A program made the position numbers and the translations under genes. Source: Candidatus Woesebacteria bacterium RIFCSPLOWO2_01_FULL_39_61 (GTDB lineage Bacteria > Patescibacteriota > Microgenomatia > UBA8517). From it: a stretch of DNA of 64,000 bases. Of this stretch, positions 57,138 through 64,000 are shown one piece after another; positions within the stretch are counted from its first letter, which is position 1; every line of letters begins with the position of its first letter. Location: assembly GCA_001793155.1 (NCBI GenBank), contig MGHI01000020.1:9898-73897 (forward strand), in the 5' to 3' direction. Below the pieces are notes generated by a model. It was given only the letters and a program-made list of their open reading frames with translations. It had not been told where the DNA came from and made no database searches.

Positions 57138-58874
57138 GTGTTTAAAAAAAAGATAAACTTGTATCTTTTGATAACCCTTTTGTTAGCAGGTTTATTAAGA
57201 ATTTGGAAATTAAATAAGGTTCCTGTTTCCTTATTTGCGGACGAATTAGACGTTGGATATCAAGCTTATTCGATTATTCACACGGGCCGGGATTACTTTG
57301 GCAATCTCTTACCTCTTCATTTTCACTCTTATGCGGATTTTCGCGCACCTTTTTATATTTATTCTGCAATTCCGACTGTCGCGATATCCGGAATTTCTGC
57401 CTGGGGAGTCCGTCTTCCTGCAGCCATATTTGGGACTTTAGGTGTTTTGGGAATATATTTACTGGTTGAAGAAATTTTAAAAATTGAAAAATTTAAAGCA
57501 ATCAACGGCCGGAAATTGGCATTTGTTTCGGCTTTAGTATTAACTTTTTCCCCCTGGCACATTCAATATTCCCGCGCAGCATTTGAGGTTACAGAGCTAT
57601 TGTTTTTTTACCTTATCGGCTTTTATTTTTTCTTTAAGTTTTTACGATCCAGAAAATATCTATGGGCATCGGTTCTGTCTTTTTCAATTACTCCCTGGAT
57701 TTATTCAACGGCAAAGCTTTTTACATCTTTGATTTTTATATTCCTTTTTTTAGCTTGGCGAAAAGACTTAATTAAGTTGTCTATGAGACAGAAATTGAAT
57801 ACAATAATTATCGCAGGAGTTTTGTGGCTTCCTTTGTTATATGCAAACCTTTTCGGAGGAGCATCCTTTCGGTTTAACTACATTAGCATTTTTACGAATC
57901 CTACAACACCCGGTGAAGTTCAAAACCTAAGACTTAATGACGCTCGGGTAAGAGAAAGATATGGAGGAGGTATCTTACAAAAAGTGGCAAGCCGGCTGAT
58001 CCATAATAAATATCTATTCTGGAGTGAAAGGATTGTCGATAATTATTTTAAAACCGCCTCATCCGAGTTTCTTTTCGTAGAAGGCGATCCGAATTTACGG
58101 CATTCGATAAACAAAATCGGACAATTTTATAAAATCGAGGCAATCGCACTAATTTTGGGAGCGATTTTCTTTTTCGTATCAAAAACTGGGAGAAAATTAA
58201 AATTACTGATTTCCTTCTGGATATTCGCTGGTATTTTTCCTTCAGCTCTGACGCGCGATGGGGGAAACCACGCAACTCGTCTAATTTTAATTCTCCCGCC
58301 TTTGATATTTTTGATTTCGTTTGGAATTATCGACTCTATAGATAAGCTTAAAGGGAAGTTGAAATATATTATTGTAGTGCTTTATTTAGGGTTTTGGCTT
58401 TTGGATTTCGGTCTTTACCAACACCTTTACTGGATTCACAATCCCTGGTATAGCGAACGATCTTGGCACGCCGGCTATAAAGAGGCAGTATTGGCAGCTA
58501 AAAAATTTGAAGACGATTACGGAAAGATAATATTTTCCAACGCCAGCGACGACCCGCGAATCTTTTTAGCATCTTATTATCCTTATTACCCCCAGCTTTG
58601 GCAAAATGGAATGTTAGAAGAAACAGTTCCAGGTTTCGGAAACATAGAGCATATGGGTAAATTCTACTTTGGACAGGTTGACGGTGAGATTGGCATAGAT
58701 AAAATTTCTGATTTCTTAGCTATGGATACCTTATATATCGCTGCGTCCAGAGAAATTCAAGGGAATTTAATAAGGGATCCAGGTAAAGTTCCGCAAGGGC
58801 TTAAACTCGTTGAATCAGTTTCTTATCCTTCTGGAGAACCCGCTTTTTATCTTTTCGAGCGAAGCGAGAAATGA
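57138..58874 (+). CDS. GT-C-fold glycosyltransferase, ArnT/PMT (GT39/GT83)-like, paralog I
   Basis: GTG start; ..KVPVSLFADELDVGYQAYSIIHTGRDYFGNLLP..; about 12 TM. Confidence 0.7.
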   Translation: MFKKKINLYLLITLLLAGLLRIWKLNKVPVSLFADELDVGYQAYSIIHTGRDYFGNLLPLHFHSYADFRAPFYIYSAIPTVAISGISAWGVRLPAAIFGTLGVLGIYLLVEEILKIEKFKAINGRKLAFVSALVLTFSPWHIQYSRAAFEVTELLFFYLIGFYFFFKFLRSRKYLWASVLSFSITPWIYSTAKLFTSLIFIFLFLAWRKDLIKLSMRQKLNTIIIAGVLWLPLLYANLFGGASFRFNYISIFTNPTTPGEVQNLRLNDARVRERYGGGILQKVASRLIHNKYLFWSERIVDNYFKTASSEFLFVEGDPNLRHSINKIGQFYKIEAIALILGAIFFFVSKTGRKLKLLISFWIFAGIFPSALTRDGGNHATRLILILPPLIFLISFGIIDSIDKLKGKLKYIIVVLYLGFWLLDFGLYQHLYWIHNPWYSERSWHAGYKEAVLAAKKFEDDYGKIIFSNASDDPRIFLASYYPYYPQLWQNGMLEETVPGFGNIEHMGKFYFGQVDGEIGIDKISDFLAMDTLYIAASREIQGNLIRDPGKVPQGLKLVESVSYPSGEPAFYLFERSEK

Positions 58875-58930
58875 CAAGACTTACTTATTTTTTTGAACGC
58901 ATTGAGAAATAATATGCTTTGCTTACGCTT

Positions 58931-58959
58931 TTATTAAGAAATGATCTATAATTTCTTAA
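58931..58959. promoter_or_regulatory. perfect TATAAT -10 (58947-58952) inside a 9-bp A/T palindrome, 8 nt before the ATG of the GtrB-like gene
   Basis: TTAAGAAAT-gatctata-ATTTCTTAA; geometry implies a very short or absent leader. Confidence 0.3.
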
Positions 58960-58960
58960 T

Positions 58961-59911
58961 ATGCACACCCTTTCCGTTATAGTTCCCTTTTTCAACGAAG
59001 TAGAGAATTTACCAATTTTACATAAAGAATTAGTAGAGGTTTTGAAAAAGTTAGGTATTGAAAGCGAAATTGTCTATGTCAACGATGGGAGTTCCGATGA
59101 TTCCCTAAATGTTTTGAAAAAAGAAGTCGGCAGGACCAAAGGTAGTATACCGACAAAAGTAATTGAATTTAAAAAGAATTTTGGCCAGACCGCGGCTGTA
59201 GTTGCCGGGATAGACAACGTAGATGGAAAATATGTTTCTTTTCTTGATGCAGATTTGCAAAATGATCCTCATGATATTCCGAGGTTTATGCAAAAATTGA
59301 ATGAAGGGTATGACGCAGTATTCGGCTGGAGAAAAGAAAGAAAAGATACAAACTTAAGAAGTTTTTTATCAAGGATGGCAAATACTATAATTAATGTCGT
59401 GTTTGCCTATCCTTATCATGACGTCGGTTGTTCGGCAAGAATAGTAAAAAAAGAATATTTAAACAATTTACAACTTTACGGAGAACTTCACAGGATAATG
59501 CCTGTTCTTATTTATTTAAAAGGTGCCAAGATTGGAGAGATTGTTGTCACTCATAGGGCAAGAAAGGCGGGTAAGTCAAAATACGGTTTCGAAAGAATAG
59601 TTAAGACGATAATTGATATTATTACTGTAAAGTTTTTGACTTCCTATGGGACCAGACCGGCTTATGTATTTGGTTCTTTTGGTTTAGTCAGTTTGTTTAT
59701 AAGCGGCACAGCGCTACTGGGTTCGGCTTACAAAAAGATTTTTTTAGGAGTGTTTGTCCATACAGACCCTCTTTTCATGATTGCCATATTTTTTGGATTA
59801 GTCGGAATACAGTTTGTTTTGATGGGACTTCTTGCCGAACTCCAAGTCCGTACCTACTTCGAATCGCAAAAAAAATCTATTTATGAAATTAAGACTGTCA
59901 GTAAACTTTAA
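58961..59911 (+). CDS. polyprenol-phosphate glycosyltransferase, GtrB/ArnC family (GT2 with C-terminal TM pair)
   Basis: ..LSVIVPFFNEVENL..VYVNDGSSDDS..FLDADLQNDP..; C-terminal 2 TM ..GLVGIQFVLMGLLAE.. typical of GtrB/ArnC. Confidence 0.8.
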   Translation: MHTLSVIVPFFNEVENLPILHKELVEVLKKLGIESEIVYVNDGSSDDSLNVLKKEVGRTKGSIPTKVIEFKKNFGQTAAVVAGIDNVDGKYVSFLDADLQNDPHDIPRFMQKLNEGYDAVFGWRKERKDTNLRSFLSRMANTIINVVFAYPYHDVGCSARIVKKEYLNNLQLYGELHRIMPVLIYLKGAKIGEIVVTHRARKAGKSKYGFERIVKTIIDIITVKFLTSYGTRPAYVFGSFGLVSLFISGTALLGSAYKKIFLGVFVHTDPLFMIAIFFGLVGIQFVLMGLLAELQVRTYFESQKKSIYEIKTVSKL

Positions 59912-61755
59912 TGTGTGGGATAGCAGGTTATGTGGATTTTGAAGGTGAGACCGACCCAAAAGTATTGGGTAGAATGACTGACTCGATCGCTTATCGCGGG
60001 CCGGACTCTTCAGGAAAATACTTCAATAAAGATAAATCAGTCGGGCTGGGCATTAGGAGATTGAGTATCATTGATTTAGCAACAGGTGACCAGCCGATAA
60101 AAAATGAGGACGGGAACGTTGTTGTCGTTTACAACGGCGAGATTTATGGTTATAAAAATCTTCGCGACGATCTTATCAAAAACGGACATAAGTTAAAAAC
60201 AAAAAGCGACACCGAAACGCTGGTGCATTTATATGAGCAATACGGCGAAAAAATGGCGGGTATGTTAAACGGTATGTTTGCATTCGTGATTTGGGACGAA
60301 AAAAATCAAAAGCTTTTCATTGCAAAAGACAGATACGGAATTAAACCGTTGTATTATACCGTAGTCGGCAAAAAGTTGATTTTTGGTTCCGAACCCAAAT
60401 CAATTTTGAGTAACTCCGGATTTAAAAAAGCTGTCTCCGACGAAGGTCTGAGTTCATATTTTTATTTAGGGTACACCCTAGGTGAAAAGTCGATCTACAG
60501 GAATATTTTTAAATTACTTCCCGGTCACTATTTGACTTTCGATAAGTGGGGGTTGAAAGTCCAAAGCTATTTTGAGCTAGGACAAAATAAAGAACTAGAA
60601 AATGCTAATTTGGATTCGCTTTTGGAAAAGTCAGTCCAAACTCAATTAATTTCTGATGTTCCGGTTGGTGTTTTTCTAAGCGGAGGATTAGATTCAAGCT
60701 TAATAGCTTACTATATTTCGAAGTTTAAAAAACTAAAATCCTTTTCAATCGGGTTTAAGGAGGAAGGATATGATGAATCCTTCCATGCCCACTATGTAGC
60801 GAAAAAAATAGGGACGGAACACTATAGCGAAGAATATTCACCTGAAGATGTTATCGATTCTTTTAATCAAATTACCTCAAGACTGGATGAACCATTTGCG
60901 GACGCGTCTTTGTTTCCTACATTCAAAGTCAGTAAGCTTGCCAGGCAATATGTAAAGGTTGTTTTATCTGGCGACGGTGGAGATGAGCTTTTCGGTGGTT
61001 ATCCGACATATCAAGCGCACTTGTTTAAAAATTACGTGGATAAACTTTACTTTCTTAACGGCGATACGCTTTTAAGTTTCCTGAATTTTACTCCGGATTT
61101 TTTGCTTAATCTTTTGCCGGTATCGTTTAAAGACTATCCGAAAAAAAAATTGGCTAAAATTGTCCTTAATGGATTGAAAATAAAAGATTCGGATCAGAGG
61201 CACTTTTACTGGATGAGAACTTTTTTCTTGGGCGAAGAGCGTATTTACCAGAAGGACCATAATAAAAGCGAATTAAAATTAAGCTTAAGTTATAAACTTG
61301 ATGATACGCATATAAATGTCGGACAGTTGATTGATTTCCATTCTTATTTGCCGGATGATTTTTTCTTTAAAGTCGATAGAGCCTCCATGTATAACTCTCT
61401 CGAGGTAAGGGTTCCATTTATGGATAATAATGTAGTTGACTATGCCTTTTCCACAAAAAAAACACACCTTAATTTACTTAAAACAAAAATTCAATTGAGA
61501 TCTTTGCTTAAAGAAAAACTGCCCGAAATAGCAAAAAGACCAAAAAAAGGCTTTGGTATACCTTTGGAAATCTGGCTTAAGGGGGATCTGAAGGAGCTGG
61601 GAAAGGCAGCGATTTCCAACGAAAAAATGTATGAATATGTAAATGAAAAAAAGATCAAAAAACTGTGGGATGATCATCAAAGCGGGGAGAAGAATAACTC
61701 GGGAAATTTGTGGCTTCTGATTATGTTTTCTGGATGGCTCAAAAATTGGAGTTGA
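59911..61755 (+). CDS. asnB: asparagine synthase (glutamine-hydrolysing)-family amidotransferase
   Basis: N-terminal MCGIAGY (Ntn Cys2), ..SGGLDSS.. PP-loop; starts with a 1-nt overlap (TAATG) on the preceding stop. Confidence 0.85.
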   Translation: MCGIAGYVDFEGETDPKVLGRMTDSIAYRGPDSSGKYFNKDKSVGLGIRRLSIIDLATGDQPIKNEDGNVVVVYNGEIYGYKNLRDDLIKNGHKLKTKSDTETLVHLYEQYGEKMAGMLNGMFAFVIWDEKNQKLFIAKDRYGIKPLYYTVVGKKLIFGSEPKSILSNSGFKKAVSDEGLSSYFYLGYTLGEKSIYRNIFKLLPGHYLTFDKWGLKVQSYFELGQNKELENANLDSLLEKSVQTQLISDVPVGVFLSGGLDSSLIAYYISKFKKLKSFSIGFKEEGYDESFHAHYVAKKIGTEHYSEEYSPEDVIDSFNQITSRLDEPFADASLFPTFKVSKLARQYVKVVLSGDGGDELFGGYPTYQAHLFKNYVDKLYFLNGDTLLSFLNFTPDFLLNLLPVSFKDYPKKKLAKIVLNGLKIKDSDQRHFYWMRTFFLGEERIYQKDHNKSELKLSLSYKLDDTHINVGQLIDFHSYLPDDFFFKVDRASMYNSLEVRVPFMDNNVVDYAFSTKKTHLNLLKTKIQLRSLLKEKLPEIAKRPKKGFGIPLEIWLKGDLKELGKAAISNEKMYEYVNEKKIKKLWDDHQSGEKNNSGNLWLLIMFSGWLKNWS

Positions 61756-61792
61756 TCTGGTTGTCAGCTCTTCTTTGAGTTAAAATTAGACA

Positions 61793-63487
61793 GTGACGTC
61801 AAAGAATTTCAAAAATAAAGCCCTTTTTCTTTTGGTTATATTTTGTTTTACGGTGGGGATTTTTTTGAGAGTTTGGAAAATTAATCGAGTGCCTCCCGAG
61901 CTCTTCGGCGATGAACTAGACGTCGGACTCCAGGCTTATTCTATAGCTACAACAGGCAAAGATTATTTAGGAAATAAACTGCCTGTAATGTTTCACTCCT
62001 TCTCAGAATATCGTCTGCCCATGCAGCTTTATTTTGACGTCCCCTTCGTGAAGTTATTCGGTTTAAACGAAATCGGAGTAAGAAGCCCCTCGGTTTTTAT
62101 GGGTTTTTTGAGTTTAATTTTCATTTACTTACTAGCTAAGGAAATTTTCACTAAAAGGTTGGCTTTAATAACGACCGTTTTTTTAATGATTTCACCATGG
62201 CATTTTAATTTTTCCCGTCAGGCTAATGACGCAGGCATTTTACTTCCTTTTTTATTAGCCGGGACGTGGTTATTTATAAAAGGTCTCAAAAATTACAAGT
62301 ATTTATTTGCCTCAGTCGTAACGTTTGCCTTGAGTATTTATTCATACACAATTGCCACCGCTTTTACCCCGCTTTATTTTCTGTCTTTGGTAATAATTTT
62401 CAGAAAGGAATTGCAAAAATACCCCTTCACAAAGCTTTTTTGGATCGGAATCGTGGGTCTTTTGTTAATCTTTCCTTACATTAACTTCACGCTTAAAGGT
62501 ATTTCAACCCAACGCTTTTCCTATATAAGCTCTATTTCGGAAGATAAACTTATGGAAGAAATAGTTGCGAAAAGGAGATGGTCAAAGTCATTTTTAACAA
62601 GAGCGCTATATAACAAAATTACCGTGGGAACGGAAATAGTGTTTAAAAATTATTCCAGAAGTATGTCTTTTAACTTTCTTTTTACCGAGGGGGATCCTAA
62701 TATGCGACAGGGAATAGAGGGTTTTGGACAGTTTTATCATTATGATGCCGTACTGATATTTTTGGGTCTAATTTATTCCTTTTGGAATATAAGGAAGGGT
62801 TCTAAAAACACTAAATTCTATTTATTAATATTTCTTTGGCTACTCTTTTCACCTTTACCTTCCGCTCTGACAAAAGACGGCGGTTACCACGCCTCGCGTC
62901 TTATTTTAATGCTTCCACCTTTAATTTTACTTTCGGCGTTGGGATTTCAATCACTGATCAAAAGTGCAACTAAGATTAAAATGAAAGCATTATTCGGGGT
63001 TTTTATCATCTTCATGCTTTTGGACTTTACCAGGTTTGTCCACAGGTATTTTACTATTTGGCCTAAAGAGGGCTGGCGATTTTGGCAGACCGGTTTTAAG
63101 GAAACTTTAGCTTTTGTAAAATCTCAGGACAACAAATATCAAAGAATATTTTTAAACAATACCTACGAACCGATGCTGCCGCGTTTCCTTTTTTGGTATG
63201 GGTACGACATGGATCTTTTCCAAAAACAATTTGTGAAAGATGTACCCACAGAGAATATTTACCCCGGGTTTAACGGTTTTAAGCTTGGGGATAAATATTA
63301 TTTTGGAGAAATCCTGAAGCCGGTAGAGGGGTTGGCCAATAATGACAATTTGATCATAGCTTCCGGAGAAAAAGATATAACAAATCCCGCTATTTTTGAT
63401 AACGGAGGACTTGAGCTGCTTGAGGTTGTCTCTTCGCCAACCAAAATTCCAATTTTTTATGTATTTACAACCAAACAAACACCCTGA
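61793..63487 (+). CDS. GT-C-fold glycosyltransferase, ArnT/PMT-like, paralog II
   Basis: ..RVPPELFGDELDVGLQAYSIATTGKDYLGNKLP..; probable GTG start. Confidence 0.7.
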   Translation: MTSKNFKNKALFLLVIFCFTVGIFLRVWKINRVPPELFGDELDVGLQAYSIATTGKDYLGNKLPVMFHSFSEYRLPMQLYFDVPFVKLFGLNEIGVRSPSVFMGFLSLIFIYLLAKEIFTKRLALITTVFLMISPWHFNFSRQANDAGILLPFLLAGTWLFIKGLKNYKYLFASVVTFALSIYSYTIATAFTPLYFLSLVIIFRKELQKYPFTKLFWIGIVGLLLIFPYINFTLKGISTQRFSYISSISEDKLMEEIVAKRRWSKSFLTRALYNKITVGTEIVFKNYSRSMSFNFLFTEGDPNMRQGIEGFGQFYHYDAVLIFLGLIYSFWNIRKGSKNTKFYLLIFLWLLFSPLPSALTKDGGYHASRLILMLPPLILLSALGFQSLIKSATKIKMKALFGVFIIFMLLDFTRFVHRYFTIWPKEGWRFWQTGFKETLAFVKSQDNKYQRIFLNNTYEPMLPRFLFWYGYDMDLFQKQFVKDVPTENIYPGFNGFKLGDKYYFGEILKPVEGLANNDNLIIASGEKDITNPAIFDNGGLELLEVVSSPTKIPIFYVFTTKQTP

Positions 63488-63496
63488 ATAAATTAA

Positions 63497-64000
63497 GTGA
63501 AAGATAAAATACTATTATTTTTGATTATCATATCAGCACTTACCTTAAGAGTGGTTGGGATTTCAAAGTATCCGGTTGGATTGACGCAGGACGAAGCCGC
63601 CCAGGGATATGATACCTATTCACTACTCTTAACTGCTAAAGATCAGTGGGGAAACAGTTTTCCGTTGACTTTTAGATCATTGGGTGATTTTAAGCTTCCT
63701 CTTTATACCTATTTGAGCATACCTTCCGTAGCTGCCTTCGGATTAAACGAGTTTGCAGTAAGACTTCCGAACGCGCTACTTGCCACAGTTTCCGTTTTAG
63801 TAACTTATTTAATGGTGAATAAATTGACGGGTAAAAAACAATTAGCTCTCTTGTCAGCATTATTATTCTCTATTTCTCCCTGGCACATAGCATTATCTAG
63901 AGGTGCTTTTGAAGCCAACTTAACTACTCTATTAATACCGATCGGAATCCTGGCTTTTTATAAGGGTTTAGAAAAACCGAAGTGGATGATTTTAGCGGCG
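63497..64000 (+). CDS. GT-C-fold glycosyltransferase, ArnT/PMT-like, paralog III (3'-truncated at window end)
   Basis: Open frame from GTG 63497 to the window end: ..GLTQDEAAQGYDTYSLLLTAKDQWGNSFP..SPWHIALSRGAFEAN.. colinear with paralogs I and II. Confidence 0.55.
   Translation, partial: MKDKILLFLIIISALTLRVVGISKYPVGLTQDEAAQGYDTYSLLLTAKDQWGNSFPLTFRSLGDFKLPLYTYLSIPSVAAFGLNEFAVRLPNALLATVSVLVTYLMVNKLTGKKQLALLSALLFSISPWHIALSRGAFEANLTTLLIPIGILAFYKGLEKPKWMILAA

Noticed and set aside
1-64000. CRISPR arrays, tRNA/rRNA genes, integrases or defence-system genes
   Set aside because: There are no short direct-repeat arrays and no tRNA-like (GTTCRA) or rRNA segments in any intergenic region. No Cas, RT, RM or toxin-antitoxin signatures appear in the translations. 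The only mobile signature is the RAYT/REP unit.

Overview
The window is AT-rich and almost wall-to-wall coding, nearly all on the + strand. It is dominated by one very large glycan-biosynthesis locus, and I found no rRNA, tRNA, CRISPR array, integrase, reverse transcriptase or restriction-modification genes.

Glycosylation content read from the ORF translations:
- At the 5' end, a sugar C-methyltransferase (truncated at the window edge), an RmlC-like 3,5-epimerase, a GT-B glycosyltransferase and a GT2.
- Four tandem GT2 paralogs plus a 5' GT2 remnant, with an FkbM methyltransferase between the remnant and the next intact copy.
- Five short GT2s of the polyprenol-phosphate-sugar synthase type (DPM1/CsbB/GtrB-like), one of them fused to a GtrA-like domain.
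- About 17 multi-pass membrane proteins with GT-C-like features: seven ArnT/PMT-like paralogs, three tandem YfhO/PTPS-related paralogs, one canonical YfhO, two DUF2029-like proteins and several unclassified.
- A Wzx flippase with an adjacent Wzy-like membrane protein, GT2 and GT4 enzymes, a class I methyltransferase, a HAD hydrolase, a class III aminotransferase and an AsnB-type amidotransferase.

Embedded in this locus are:
- A GC-richer secreted FN3 protein with a C-terminal LAATG sorting signal, immediately followed by a sortase, and then a RAYT/IS200-like transposase flanked by inverted REP-like palindromes.
- trmD and pgeF, diverging from a 20-bp gap with a palindromic -10 element.
- A HlyD + ABC + FtsX-type exporter.
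- A deoxyribosyltransferase-like::YjjX-like NTPase fusion.
- A PHP phosphoesterase.
- A fused MFS/spermidine-synthase protein.

Frequent TTG/GTG starts, sparse Shine-Dalgarno usage, many 1-11 nt gene overlaps and the gene content suggest a Patescibacteria/CPR-type genome. That is inference, not demonstrated. My candidate for the exciting system is the repeated module of a GT2 lipid-sugar synthase followed by GT-C transferase(s), i.e. an extracytoplasmic glycosylation island, coupled to a sortase-anchored surface protein and a possible poly-G phase switch in one GT-C paralog.
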